DNA from: Nitrospirales bacterium | Lineage (GTDB): Bacteria > Nitrospirota > Nitrospiria > Nitrospirales > UBA8639 | Assembly (NCBI GenBank): GCA_963555755.3 | Contig: OY820905.2 | Span: 3,008,001-3,072,000, forward strand | Reading direction: 5' to 3' | Length of the DNA: 64,000 nt | Shown: positions 54,101 through 64,000 of the stretch, piece after piece | Layout: every line of letters begins with the position of its first letter | How positions within the stretch are numbered: position 1 is the stretch's first letter | Translations under genes and position numbers: made by a program | Notes under the pieces: model-generated | Database searches by the model: none | Told to the model about the DNA's origin: nothing | What the model saw: only the letters and a program-made list of their open reading frames with translations

Positions 54101-54865
54101 ATGGCTATGACAAAAGATCCCGCACAATCAGCTGCCGCAACGTTCGATCAGGATATCCAGCAATTTCGACAGCAGTTAGCTTCGCTCAAGGCGTTTCTGA
54201 TGAATTCGTCTACGACCTCGATTGAGGAGTTTGATCTAGCCACGGAAGAGCTTATAGCCGGAGTGTTCGGCCGGTCATCGACGAATCATGAAACCTATGA
54301 ATATGCGGAGCTGGGAGAAGCTGGCGGGCTGGTCAATTTAACGGAAGAGGCGCCGGAAGGGGCCAATTTAGATGAAAATCGCCAGAATCTACGGCAACGA
54401 CAGCGGGTGCTCGAAACCTGTATCGCGGATCTTGAAGCGCGTCGAGCCCAAGCGGCTTCTGGGAAAAAAACCAAGAAAGCCTCAGGCCCCAAAGTCACAG
54501 ACTTTATGTCCCAAACCATTCGATTGGTTTCCCAAGAGGCGACGCTAAAAGAGGCCGCCAAATTATTGCAGGAGTGGAAGGTCGGTTCGCTTTTGGTCGA
54601 TGGAGGCGATGAACTTGTCGGCAGTATCACCGAAACGGAGTTGACCCGCGAAGTCATTGCGAACGGTGTCGATGCCAATACCACCACCGTCGAGACCTGT
54701 ATGCGGGAACCGATTATTTCGCTGGAAAGCAGTGATTCCGTGGTCGAAGCCGTTCGGTTGATGAAAGAAAAAGCCACCCGACATGTGTGTGTCACCGAGA
54801 GTGGAAAAATTGTCGGGCTGATATCGGTCTCGGACATCCTCCGTTATTACTCAGGGGTCAGGTAA
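54101..54865 (+). CDS. CBS-pair protein
   Basis: Paralog of 13951-14718. Confidence 0.88.
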   Translation: MAMTKDPAQSAAATFDQDIQQFRQQLASLKAFLMNSSTTSIEEFDLATEELIAGVFGRSSTNHETYEYAELGEAGGLVNLTEEAPEGANLDENRQNLRQRQRVLETCIADLEARRAQAASGKKTKKASGPKVTDFMSQTIRLVSQEATLKEAAKLLQEWKVGSLLVDGGDELVGSITETELTREVIANGVDANTTTVETCMREPIISLESSDSVVEAVRLMKEKATRHVCVTESGKIVGLISVSDILRYYSGVR

Positions 54866-55173
54866 ACCCTCAGCAGGCCCCTACCAGGTTTTTTACCTCC
54901 TTCTTACCAAGTATACCCACCTACATATAATCACGTTGACTACCCTGGCTGACTCATCGTCAGCCAGGCCTGATTCCCGCATGAGGATTGTTCGTCCGAT
55001 GAGACGGAAATTCTCAAATATTTTGTGGGTTTGTAGATGCGAGTTTTGTATCAAGAATCCTCCAATTCGATTTAAGTTGGTCAAAAAGTAGACCGATGAT
55101 TAATGGAAATCCCCCCCTAAAACTGTGTGGGCCTGGGAGCCGGGTTGAAATTTTTAATCATGAGACCCTATTG

Positions 55174-56040
55174 ATGACTGAATCCCTTGCATTCGTTGAA
55201 CTGGAACCGCTCGAACAGATTCATGCGGCCTTGGTCGATCAGATAGCCAAGGATGATCTCAAGCTTCCGCTTCTCCCACACGTTGCCACTGAAATCCTCA
55301 ATGTAACAAGTGATCCTGATGCCGAGATGGTGCAGTTGGCCGGGTTAATCCAACAAGATCAAGCCATAGCCAGCCAGATCCTGAGAATTGCCAACTCGGC
55401 CGCCTATGCACCACGGTTCCCGATCGTCTCGATGCAACAAGCCGTATCCTGGTTAGGCATGAAGATGTTGGGCGAACTCGCGTTAACGATTTCCATTGAA
55501 AGTGGAGTCTTTCGTGTTCAGGGATATGAACCGGAAATTACCAGCCTCTGGCGGCACGCGTTGGCGTCAGGTCTCTACGCCAAGGAAATTGCGCGGGTCG
55601 GGCGACACAATGTGGAAGGCGCATTTTTGGGTGGACTGCTGCATACGATTGGCAAGCCGGTCGTTCTGAATGCTGTGTTGGAGATTCAACAGACGATGGG
55701 TCTGGCACTGGAGTGGGAGTCGTTTTCCATGTTGCTGGATGTGCATCACGTACAGGTTGGCGCGTCGGTCGTGGAAAAATGGAAACTGCCCCCTCAAGTG
55801 AAAGAGGCGATTCTGTATTATCGTGATTATACGAAGTCTCCGAATCCGAGTCCCGTGGCGATGGTGACCTGTTTGGCCGATTATTTGGCCTCTCACATCT
55901 TAAAGTTGGATTCTCTTGATGAAGCCGGTTTGCAAAGTCTTCCTGTGGTCGACGCGTTGAATCTATATCCGGACGATATGGACACGCTGTTCACCCATGG
56001 GAAAACCATTCTACAATCCGTCGATGCCATGGTGGTATGA
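55174..56040 (+). CDS. HDOD-domain protein
   Basis: LPLLP, ILRIANSA, GLLHTIGK, KWKLP; start uncertain. Confidence 0.88.
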   Translation: MTESLAFVELEPLEQIHAALVDQIAKDDLKLPLLPHVATEILNVTSDPDAEMVQLAGLIQQDQAIASQILRIANSAAYAPRFPIVSMQQAVSWLGMKMLGELALTISIESGVFRVQGYEPEITSLWRHALASGLYAKEIARVGRHNVEGAFLGGLLHTIGKPVVLNAVLEIQQTMGLALEWESFSMLLDVHHVQVGASVVEKWKLPPQVKEAILYYRDYTKSPNPSPVAMVTCLADYLASHILKLDSLDEAGLQSLPVVDALNLYPDDMDTLFTHGKTILQSVDAMVV

Positions 56041-57431
56041 GTTCCAATAATCATTTTGACATTTTAGTGATCGGCAGTGGGCCCGCTGGCCAAAAAGCCG
56101 CCATTCAGGGCGCGAAGGCCGGAAAGCGCGTGGCGCTGGTTGAGCGCGATAAGCAAGTCGGCGGGGCTTGCGTCCACCACGGTACCATCCCCAGCAAGAC
56201 CCTTCGAGAAAGTGCCCTCAACATGGTTCGGTTTCAGCGAACCTCCAATGTGTTTGACTTCCGGTTACGGGATGATCTGACCGTACCAGCTTTAATTCAA
56301 CGACTGGATGAAGTCGTCCAAGCCCACTCCGTGTTTATGGCGGCCCAACTCGATCGTAATCAGGTGACACGCATCCATGCCCGAGCCAAATTTATCTCTG
56401 AGCATGACATTGAGTGTACGACCCCGAAGCGGACGACCGATCGGTACTCAGCTGATGTGATTGTCATTGCTACCGGGTCGCGGCCCCGACGCCCGGACAA
56501 TGTTCCAGTCGATCATGAACATATACTCGATAGCGATTCGATCCTCTCCATGACGTATTTACCGAAAACCCTCATGGTCTTGGGTGGAGGGGTGATTGCC
56601 AGTGAGTACGCCTCGTTCTTCTCCATACTGGGAGTTCAAGTCGTGATGGTCGATCAAGCCGACCGTCCCCTCCGGTTTATGGATGCCGAAATTACGAATG
56701 GTTTCGTCCAGGCCTTTCAAGCATCTGGTGGACGCTACTACGGACAGCAAAAGATCGAAAGCGTGAAATGGGATGGTCTGTCCAAAGTCATGACCCTGTT
56801 GGGGAATGGGGAAGTTCTGGAAAGCGAAAAAATGTTAATGGCCCTTGGGCGCGTGGCCAATATCGAGGATCTGAATCTTCAAACCGTTGGCATTGAACCT
56901 ACGCCTCGTGGGGTGATTCCTGTTGATGAATTCTTCCGAACCACCCTTCCTCACGTGTATGCCGTCGGTGATGTGATTGGGCCTCCATCCTTAGCGTCGT
57001 ATTCCATGGAGCAAGGTCGGCGAGCGGTGTGTCATGCGCTGGCGATTGATCCTGGTCATCCAGCCGAAATGGTGCCCATGGGAATTTTCACCGTGCCGGA
57101 AATGTCGAGCGTCGGTATTAACGAAGAGGAAGCGGTGTCGCGTCATGGAGGCGCAATGGTGGGTCGAGCCAGATTTCAGGAAATTGCCCGTGGGCAGATT
57201 TCAGGGGTGACGGATGGCTTGTTAAAACTCGTTGCCGATCCTCAAGGTAAGAAATTGCTCGGAATCCATATCGTGGGCGAAGGCGCATGCGATTTGGTGC
57301 ATATTGGACAAATGGGACTCTTAGCCAAAGTCGAGATTGACAGTTTTGTCGAAAACATCTTTAACTTTCCCACCATGGCAGAAACCTACCGAGTCGCGGC
57401 TCTGGATATCGTCAAACAGCGTCCGCGGTAA
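56037..57431 (+). CDS. sthA: soluble pyridine nucleotide transhydrogenase
   Basis: GSGPAG, GGACVHHGTIPSKTLRE, FNFPTMAETYRVAA. Confidence 0.92.
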   Translation: MSSNNHFDILVIGSGPAGQKAAIQGAKAGKRVALVERDKQVGGACVHHGTIPSKTLRESALNMVRFQRTSNVFDFRLRDDLTVPALIQRLDEVVQAHSVFMAAQLDRNQVTRIHARAKFISEHDIECTTPKRTTDRYSADVIVIATGSRPRRPDNVPVDHEHILDSDSILSMTYLPKTLMVLGGGVIASEYASFFSILGVQVVMVDQADRPLRFMDAEITNGFVQAFQASGGRYYGQQKIESVKWDGLSKVMTLLGNGEVLESEKMLMALGRVANIEDLNLQTVGIEPTPRGVIPVDEFFRTTLPHVYAVGDVIGPPSLASYSMEQGRRAVCHALAIDPGHPAEMVPMGIFTVPEMSSVGINEEEAVSRHGGAMVGRARFQEIARGQISGVTDGLLKLVADPQGKKLLGIHIVGEGACDLVHIGQMGLLAKVEIDSFVENIFNFPTMAETYRVAALDIVKQRPR

Positions 57432-57433
57432 CG

Positions 57434-59041
57434 TCACCGTATCTCACGTTTCTTTTTTGGCAACCCCGATTGGTTCCGAAGAGCCTGAATGACCTTTTGA
57501 GGATCAAAGGGTTCTTCGGAATTGACGCTGAACGTCACGGTCTGCTCATCCTGTTCCAACGGTTCTTGCTGACGTTGTTGTTCCTGTAACACGGCAAGGT
57601 CAGCTTCCGATGCATCGGACCGTTGTTCTGCCCGAGTGGTAATCCGCTCCTGCATTGTCGCGAGGGATGATTGAACATCCAGAATGAGGAACGGAACGGC
57701 TTCCTCCTCCGCGAGTCGGCGAAAGAGATCTCGATAGTGGCGTTTGAGAAATGTTGCATCCACAATCACGGTATAGCCGGATGAAAGGAGTCTTTGTGCC
57801 GTGTTCCGTAAATGGTGGTACAAGGCGTCTGTGGTATCAGACCCGTAGAGTTCTGTTTTGACCTCCCGCGCTCTGCGCAGGTCTGGGGACAGGCCAAACA
57901 GTCGCTTGCGTTCGATATCGGATCGCAGGCGAATCGTCCCCATCGATTCCAAGAGGTTTTGGGAAAGCGTAGACTTTCCCGAACCGGAGAGCCCATGCAT
58001 GATAATGAGGCTCGGAGGGTCGGGGTGAGCCAACCTTTGAGCTAGGGTGATGTATCGATGACATTGGTCGGCAAGAGAGGCCGATGTGCTGTCAACTTGA
58101 GGGTTTTGGTTCAGGCGAATGCGGGCGATCTTGGCACGCACTAAGGCGCGATACACTTCATAGAATCGAATGATAGCCATCCCCTCGTAATCGCCCGTCT
58201 GTTCGAGGTAGGCGTTGAGAAATCTTGCCGCAAAATCCCGCCGTCCGTGGGCCATACAGTCCACCACGAAAAACGAGATATCGCTCATTACATCGATCCA
58301 TCGCAACCGTTCGCTGAATTCAATGCCGTCAAACGGGGTAGCAATATCATCGAGGAGCACCACGTTACCCAGATGAAGATCTCCATGACATTCTCGAATG
58401 AATCCCTGACTTTTTCGATTGGCAAAGGCCTGATCGCAATGGGCATGTTCCTGCTGCAACCACTGTTGGAGTGATCGAAGAAAATCACGGTCGTCTGAGG
58501 GTTGGGTTTCCTGAGAAAAGTGGTCAAGCACATCCATGACCGTCTTGCCCACGACTTCAGAATCCCCCAAAGAAGTAGACTCCGGGGAAGCAGGAAGGCT
58601 GGTGTGAAATCGGGCCAAGTCTTTGGCAAGCTGATCGATGTGCCGATTCTGAACCTTACCTTTTGGGAAAGCATGGTCAAGCGTGGCATCGAGTGGGAAT
58701 TGCCGCATTTTGACTGCAAATTCAAAAGGTTCAGTGTCGCCATTAAAACTTGGTGCTTGCGGTGTACCCTTGAGTGATACAACCTCGAGATAGAGAGTCG
58801 GTGCGAGCCGTCCATTGAGCCGCAATTCCTCAAGGCAGGCGTGGTGTCTTAGAGCGAGAGTGGAAAAATCCACAAATCCAAGGTTGACGGGTTTTTTGAT
58901 CTTGTACGCAAAGGGTCCCGTCAGGAGTACCCAGGAGATATGTGTTTCTTGGATTGTGATCTGGGTGACAGGATGTGGATAGACCGAAGGATTCGTAAGG
59001 GCCTGGATCAAATTCTGTGCTTGGTCGAGATTCGCGTTCAA
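57434..59041 (-). CDS. bifunctional aminoglycoside-phosphotransferase-like / AAA_33 kinase
   Basis: ETHISWV, CHGDLHLGN, GLSGSGKS, DATFLK. Confidence 0.9.
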   Translation of the reverse strand: MNANLDQAQNLIQALTNPSVYPHPVTQITIQETHISWVLLTGPFAYKIKKPVNLGFVDFSTLALRHHACLEELRLNGRLAPTLYLEVVSLKGTPQAPSFNGDTEPFEFAVKMRQFPLDATLDHAFPKGKVQNRHIDQLAKDLARFHTSLPASPESTSLGDSEVVGKTVMDVLDHFSQETQPSDDRDFLRSLQQWLQQEHAHCDQAFANRKSQGFIRECHGDLHLGNVVLLDDIATPFDGIEFSERLRWIDVMSDISFFVVDCMAHGRRDFAARFLNAYLEQTGDYEGMAIIRFYEVYRALVRAKIARIRLNQNPQVDSTSASLADQCHRYITLAQRLAHPDPPSLIIMHGLSGSGKSTLSQNLLESMGTIRLRSDIERKRLFGLSPDLRRAREVKTELYGSDTTDALYHHLRNTAQRLLSSGYTVIVDATFLKRHYRDLFRRLAEEEAVPFLILDVQSSLATMQERITTRAEQRSDASEADLAVLQEQQRQQEPLEQDEQTVTFSVNSEEPFDPQKVIQALRNQSGLPKKKREIR

Positions 59042-59188
59042 GGAACACCCTTTGGGTTTGGAGAGGTCATACGTTATTTTTTTTCAAAAGGCTAACTTAG
59101 TTTGAACCATTTCTCCAACCTCATGTAATTGCCTGTAAGGATGAAATCTGGAATTCATATTGGGGCTTTCTTACTTTTTAGAAAAATC

Positions 59189-59204
59189 AGCAAAATCCGC
59201 GCCA
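59189..59204 (-). promoter_or_regulatory. sigma-54 promoter
   Basis: Minus strand TGGCGCGGATTTTGCT. Confidence 0.55.
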
Positions 59205-59209
59205 ATTGT

Positions 59210-59500
59210 AGAAATCATTTTCCACAGAATCTGGGGATAAACTGGTGAAAACAATTTTTCCTGCCCACGTTTGGTGGTTCCTGATCTACCAAGTAAGCAA
59301 GTTGCACAATATTTGGGCATAGTAGTCAGAAAAATTCTGACACCATATATTGTGTGTTCTGAGCCATTACGTAGAAATTTTAATCTATGTGTGGAAAATC
59401 ACTTATAAAACTGTGACTTGGATTAATATTTCCTTGGCAGAGACTTTTCTAAAAAGATAGATTCCCTTTTATCCACAAGAACTGTTAACAAATTCTTGGT
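59210..59500. promoter_or_regulatory. DnaA-box cluster, candidate oriC
   Basis: TTTTCCACA at 59218, TGGGGATAA at 59232, TGTGGAAAA at 59390 and TTATCCACA at 59469, in AT-rich non-coding DNA. Confidence 0.5.
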
Positions 59501-59702
59501 GTTGGTATTGCGTTGGTGGATTTTTTGGAACGTCACTGTGTCAGATGCAATGTCATTTTTAACCTAGAAACACCAGTTGGGCGCAAAAAAGACGTGTAAG
59601 CTTAGGAGCCGGTCCGAGATTAGCGATCGTCACGAGGATGGGCTGGTTTGAGTCAGATGTTTCGATCGTTTGAGGCGAATAGTGGGACTATTCAACGAAA
59701 AC

Positions 59703-59825
59703 GGGGAAGGTTGAAAAAGGGCGTCCAGCAAGGCCGCAGGGCTTTGGGCGCGCGGAGCGTACACGCAGTACGTGAGCACGCCAAAAGCCCGAGAACGCAG
59801 CTGGCGGTCTTTTTCAACCTTCCCC
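59703..59825. repeat. GTTGAAAAA-family MITE
   Basis: GGGGAAGGTTGAAAAAG / CTTTTTCAACCTTCCCC. Confidence 0.8.
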
Positions 59826-59970
59826 GAAAAGGATCGGAAGATCTGGCCACATCCAGCACCTCCGTAGTAGATCAGTCTAATCTGGGACAGGCTCCCAAGC
59901 TTGCGCGGACTTTTGTGATCCAACTGCTGTTTCTAGGTTTAACATCCCCGAAAGGAAAACCTGAAGTAAA

Positions 59971-60342
59971 ATGATTGGTCTTTCAACCCTGGCCACGATA
60001 ATTTCGGTCTTCTCGTTTCCTCTGGTCTTTGTCGCCCTCATCTATCCGCATTTAACAAGCGCCAGGGGACGGTGGTACGGCGTATGCCTCTATGGAGGAA
60101 TATCAATTGGGATGATGCTGGTCGCGGTAGTGACTTCTCCCGATCCTCATGGAACCAACCAGGAATGGACTTGGATAGATTGGCTTGTCATAGCCTCCGG
60201 GTGCGGATTCTTTCTGGTCTTCATTGCCAGCAAGTATTCAAACCTCAAAAAACAGGTGTTGGCTAAAAGAGGGACCGAAGCAAAAAAGAAAGGCGGTCGG
60301 CAGGAAAAAAATCTACAAGGAAGAAGGAAACGTCCATCATAA
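59971..60342 (+). CDS. hypothetical membrane protein
   Basis: Three TM segments and a basic tail. Confidence 0.65.
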   Translation: MIGLSTLATIISVFSFPLVFVALIYPHLTSARGRWYGVCLYGGISIGMMLVAVVTSPDPHGTNQEWTWIDWLVIASGCGFFLVFIASKYSNLKKQVLAKRGTEAKKKGGRQEKNLQGRRKRPS

Positions 60343-60491
60343 TCATTTTCGGGTGCTCAAAAAGTGGAAAGGAAAGCGGGGGAGTGGAAAGGGAAACCGA
60401 TTGGCCTTTTTGTGATGGTCGTTGATTGACCATCTAGCATGTGGACCATCTATGTAGGGGCGTAAAAGGACAACCAGTTTCGCTTATCCAC

Positions 60492-60905
60492 TTACGAAGG
60501 CCTGTGATGGCACGAGGATAGGGGATGTCCGTTTTTGAGAGTTCGTCCAACTGTCCACAGTAGATGATCCAAATCAAAGGGTTTGGACAGGACCGCTGTG
60601 GCTCCAGCATCAAGCGCCTGAATCCGCAGGTCGTGATCCGAATGCGCCGTCATCATGACAATCTGGGGACAGGGACTCCCCGAGTCCTGATTCAATCTAC
60701 GGATAACCTCCAAGCCATTCATCACCGGCATGGAATAGTCCAGGAGAATGAGGGCAAACTCTTCGGCCTCGATTTTCTCGAGTGCTTCCAATCCATTCCT
60801 CGCCTCATCACAGTGATATCCATAGGGCTCTAGGGCGGTTCGAAGAATAAAGCGAATATCAGAATTATCATCCACTATGAGAATGCATTTCATGCGGTCT
60901 TCCAT
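60492..60905 (-). CDS. response regulator receiver protein
   Basis: ILIVDD, LLDYSMP, SKPF. Confidence 0.9.
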   Translation of the reverse strand: MEDRMKCILIVDDNSDIRFILRTALEPYGYHCDEARNGLEALEKIEAEEFALILLDYSMPVMNGLEVIRRLNQDSGSPCPQIVMMTAHSDHDLRIQALDAGATAVLSKPFDLDHLLWTVGRTLKNGHPLSSCHHRPS

Positions 60906-60924
60906 CCCTTTTTCCTCCCGGGGC

Positions 60925-61371
60925 TCAATTCAACTCGGCCTTGAATCCTTCATGCCCGTAGGTTTGTGGATTGCGCCCTAACTGTGCCCCGCATCGGTGA
61001 AGAAACACCCGGCGGCATTTTTGTTTGAACAGATGTTGCGATACAGGTTTGGTCAAATAGTCGTGTGCTCCACTTTCCAACGCTTCGAGCAACAAATCCG
61101 TCATATCCACACTTGCCAGAACAATAACGGGAATATCCGCGTACCGTTGGCGAAGTTGTGTGAGCATCGCGAGACCGTCCATCACAGGGACCTGTAGGTC
61201 AAGAATCAGGCCGTCGATTGATTGGGAGCGCAACACATACATCGCCTGCCCCCCATCACCAACAGCGGTGACGTGGTAGCCCATGTCCTGGAGCCATTGG
61301 TCAAACAACGTGGACGCAGCGTGATCTGGTTCCACAATTAACATTCGTTGGGTCATGACGGAATAATCCAT
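60925..61371 (-). CDS. response regulator receiver protein
   Basis: LIVEPD, ILDLQVP, YLTKP; start uncertain. Confidence 0.85.
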   Translation of the reverse strand: MDYSVMTQRMLIVEPDHAASTLFDQWLQDMGYHVTAVGDGGQAMYVLRSQSIDGLILDLQVPVMDGLAMLTQLRQRYADIPVIVLASVDMTDLLLEALESGAHDYLTKPVSQHLFKQKCRRVFLHRCGAQLGRNPQTYGHEGFKAELN

Positions 61372-61619
61372 GGGCCCGCTCCATTGGTTATATGTTGATT
61401 CTTGACTCATAGTTGGTGAGCAATGACGACCTGTACCCACAGCGTACGCTGTCAAGATGAGGATGAGGTTAGATGAAGATTAGAAGTTTCTCATGAACCG
61501 GACCGCAAAAAGAGAGAGGAAGATCCGAAAAACTGTATGGTCCGATACAAAAAGGAGCTTGGTGAAATTAAAGAAGCATTTCGAAAGGCCGGCAGCTATA
61601 ATACCAAGGATTCAGGCGA

Positions 61620-62435
61620 GTGAATGATCCACGCGAAGGACGTTGCCGAACACACCATCGGAAAACATGGAAAAGAATCGTGCGGGACGGATCACAACTT
61701 GGAATGTGGGTCGGGGCGTTGTTAGGATTTCATCTTGTTATGTCGATATCGAGTCATGGCATGGAACTCAAAAGCCTCGCGGATCCCCAACCTCGACAAG
61801 TTGCGCGAGATAGGATGGTGCGGGAGCAAATCATCGCACGCGGGGTGAAAGACTTCCACGTTATTCAGGCCTTGCGGAAGGTTCCTCGCCATGAGTTCGT
61901 TCCCGAATCAGAGAGAGAAGAGGCCTACGAGGATCATCCCTTGCCCATTGGGTTTGGGCAAACCATTTCCCAACCCTACATTGTTGCGTTCATGACGGAA
62001 GCGTTGACGCTTCTACCGCATGAACGCGTGCTCGAAATTGGAACTGGGTCGGGCTATCAAGCGGCCATTCTGGCTCAATTGGTGGACAAGGTCTTCAGCA
62101 TTGAAATTGTCGGGTCACTCGCCCAGAGGGCCAAAGAAACATTAACAAAATTAGGATTGATCAACGTCACGGTCCGAGCAGGGGATGGCTACCAAGGCTG
62201 GCCGGAGGAGGCGCCGTTTGATGCGATCATTCTGACCGCAGCACCGGCACACATTCCACAGCCGCTGTTGGATCAGCTCGCCATCGGAGGACGGTTGATT
62301 CTTCCGCTTGGGAAGACCGTGCAAAAACTGATGCTGATTAGAAGAACACAAGAGGGATGGCGAAAAGAAGAACTGCTTCCCGTGGCGTTTGTGCCCATGA
62401 CTGGAGAAGCAGAAAACGCCCCTTTGCCAGAATAA
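61620..62435 (+). CDS. pcm: protein-L-isoaspartate O-methyltransferase
   Basis: GQTISQPYIVA, LEIGTGSGYQAA, APFDAI, FVPM; start uncertain. Confidence 0.93.
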   Translation: MNDPREGRCRTHHRKTWKRIVRDGSQLGMWVGALLGFHLVMSISSHGMELKSLADPQPRQVARDRMVREQIIARGVKDFHVIQALRKVPRHEFVPESEREEAYEDHPLPIGFGQTISQPYIVAFMTEALTLLPHERVLEIGTGSGYQAAILAQLVDKVFSIEIVGSLAQRAKETLTKLGLINVTVRAGDGYQGWPEEAPFDAIILTAAPAHIPQPLLDQLAIGGRLILPLGKTVQKLMLIRRTQEGWRKEELLPVAFVPMTGEAENAPLPE

Positions 62436-62501
62436 CGAAAAAAGCCACGATCAGCATTGTCCTGGTTTGTGCCAACTCAGGTAAGGAAAAGGAGAGATAA
62501 A

Positions 62502-63053
62502 ATGAAAGGGAAGCAATGGACTTTCAGTTCCATGAGAGTGTTTAGAAAAATACCTGCGCTGTCGGTTGCCATTGCGCTAACAGGAACAATAAATTTTGCA
62601 GCCGCAGAAGGTTTACCAAAAGAAAGAGTCCTTCCCCTTTCGCTCGCTCAACAAGCCGCGGCTGCAGCTCTGGCGAAATGTGAGAATGGCGGATACAAGG
62701 TGAGTGTTGCAGTGGTAGACCGAGGCGGCAACCTGAAAGTTCTGTTGCGGGGCAATGGAGCTGGCCCTCACACAGTGGATAGTAGTTCGCGAAAAGCCTA
62801 TACCTCGGCGAGTCTTCGGCGTTCGACCGAGCATTTGGCCCAGCTCATGACCAAATTTCCTAGCATCCAAGGGCTACGCGATATGAATGAAAAGATTTTA
62901 ATTTTGGGTGGCGGCTTGCCAATTGAGATGCAGGGAGAGGTCGTTGGTGGAATCGGTGTTGGTGGGGCTCCAGGCGCTCATCTCGATGAAACTTGTGCTG
63001 CAGCAGGGCTCCAGAGCATTGGCTCGGCACCAAAAGGAGCACAAGCCAAATGA
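62502..63053 (+). CDS. GlcG/HbpS-family heme-binding protein, exported
   Basis: VAVVDRGG, KAYTS, GGIGVGG; signal peptide. Confidence 0.88.
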   Translation: MKGKQWTFSSMRVFRKIPALSVAIALTGTINFAAAEGLPKERVLPLSLAQQAAAAALAKCENGGYKVSVAVVDRGGNLKVLLRGNGAGPHTVDSSSRKAYTSASLRRSTEHLAQLMTKFPSIQGLRDMNEKILILGGGLPIEMQGEVVGGIGVGGAPGAHLDETCAAAGLQSIGSAPKGAQAK

Positions 63054-63505
63054 GCCAACGCGACATGCAATTGAAGAAACCAAAAACTCGCACCGAAACG
63101 ATTCAGGTCAAGGTCCTAGGGTTAGCCTGCCTTGTGGTGTTGGGAGTGAGCGGCTGTGACACGGAACCTGACTTTAATCAGGCCAGGAGGCAGGAACAAC
63201 TTGGATTGGGTATTGTACTGGGAACGCGAGGGTATATAGAAGTCCAAAAAGAATTAGCCTTGCCAGAATTCTATGCTGAAGCTGCGGAAGGACAGGTGGT
63301 CGCAATCGAAGGGGCGGCCTATATCATTCAAGACATCACGGAACATGAACGACGAATTCCCTTTGATCAAAACACGACGATCGATCGCCCGGCTCATATA
63401 GGCGATTGGATCGAAGCGTATCTCGACGACCGTGGCAGGGCGGTACATATTCGGAATATCGATGAAAAATTTATGGCAAGAGAAAAGCCGCTGGAAGAGG
63501 AGTAA
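63050..63505 (+). CDS. hypothetical lipoprotein
   Basis: VSGC lipobox; ATGA overlap with the upstream gene. Confidence 0.65.
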   Translation: MSQRDMQLKKPKTRTETIQVKVLGLACLVVLGVSGCDTEPDFNQARRQEQLGLGIVLGTRGYIEVQKELALPEFYAEAAEGQVVAIEGAAYIIQDITEHERRIPFDQNTTIDRPAHIGDWIEAYLDDRGRAVHIRNIDEKFMAREKPLEEE

Positions 63506-63511
63506 CCCCCA

Positions 63512-64000
63512 TCAATGGATGTGTAACACGCCAGCGCCGTTGATGTTACCGGCTTTTAACTCTTGAAGGGCAAGATTCGCTTCTTCCAATCGAAAGGTTT
63601 TGGTGTGAGTACGGATAGGAATTTGCGCGGCCACCTGGAGAAAATCGAGTCCATCTTGCCGAGTGTTCGCCGTCACGCTTTGTAACGTGCGTTCCTGAAA
63701 CAAATCCCGCGAATAATCCAACGCTGGAATGGCCGACATATGAATGCCGGCGAGCGCGACGGTGCCTCCCCGTTCCAAAGCCTGAAGCGCAGGAGGCACC
63801 AGGTGGCCTACCGGTGCAAAGATGATCGCGCTGTGCAACTTTTCAGGCGGCGAGTCTGTCGAGTGCCCCACCCACGCAGCTCCCAATTCCCGAGCGAGTG
63901 TTTGATGTTCATCTCGGTGGGAAAACACGTACACCGAACACCCCCAATGGCGGGCAATCTGAATCGTGATGTGCGCCGATGCGCCAAACCCATACAGCCC
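63512..64000 (-). CDS. zinc-dependent alcohol dehydrogenase family (partial)
   Basis: [10 protein letters not shown] at the window edge; [17 protein letters not shown]. Confidence 0.9.
   Translation of the reverse strand, partial: GLYGFGASAHITIQIARHWGCSVYVFSHRDEHQTLARELGAAWVGHSTDSPPEKLHSAIIFAPVGHLVPPALQALERGGTVALAGIHMSAIPALDYSRDLFQERTLQSVTANTRQDGLDFLQVAAQIPIRTHTKTFRLEEANLALQELKAGNINGAGVLHIH

Noticed and set aside
59300..59356. NrdR boxes
   Set aside because: The sequence resembles the motif but no nrd gene is adjacent, so it is left unassigned

Overview
Bacterial chromosome segment, most likely Nitrospirota (inferred from gene content and repeat style, not proven), with a housekeeping and signalling backbone heavily invaded by mobile DNA. 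Main observations: (1) A DUF4340 gene is split by an ISAs1-family IS whose transposase carries an N-terminal DUF4338-like domain. (2) A tyrosine integrase at tRNA-fMet is followed by a mosaic accessory region (about 4.2-21 kb). It holds five copies of an ~83-bp structured repeat with sharp ends and no TIR or TSD, four copies of one terminator (two still attached to orphan PEP-CTERM-like tails), and IS110, IS3 and IS91-like scraps. (3) A class E/F-like group II intron sits inside the terminal inverted repeat of an ISL3-like MITE. (4) An UndA-like diiron fatty-acid decarboxylase gene, upstream of a 7TM histidine kinase, desaturase and receiver, carries a four-layer nested insertion. An ISL3-like MITE (8-bp TSD) contains a IIC intron, and that intron contains both a class D intron at the YADD codons and an unclassified IS (24-bp perfect TIR, 9-bp TSD) in domain V. 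(5) Two RRM genes share a pseudoknot-like 5' leader. (6) A DnaA-box cluster near 59.2-59.5 kb is a candidate oriC. (7) There are many TTA/TAA-flanked palindromic MITEs. All calls come from reading the sequence and recalling protein families; no searches were run.
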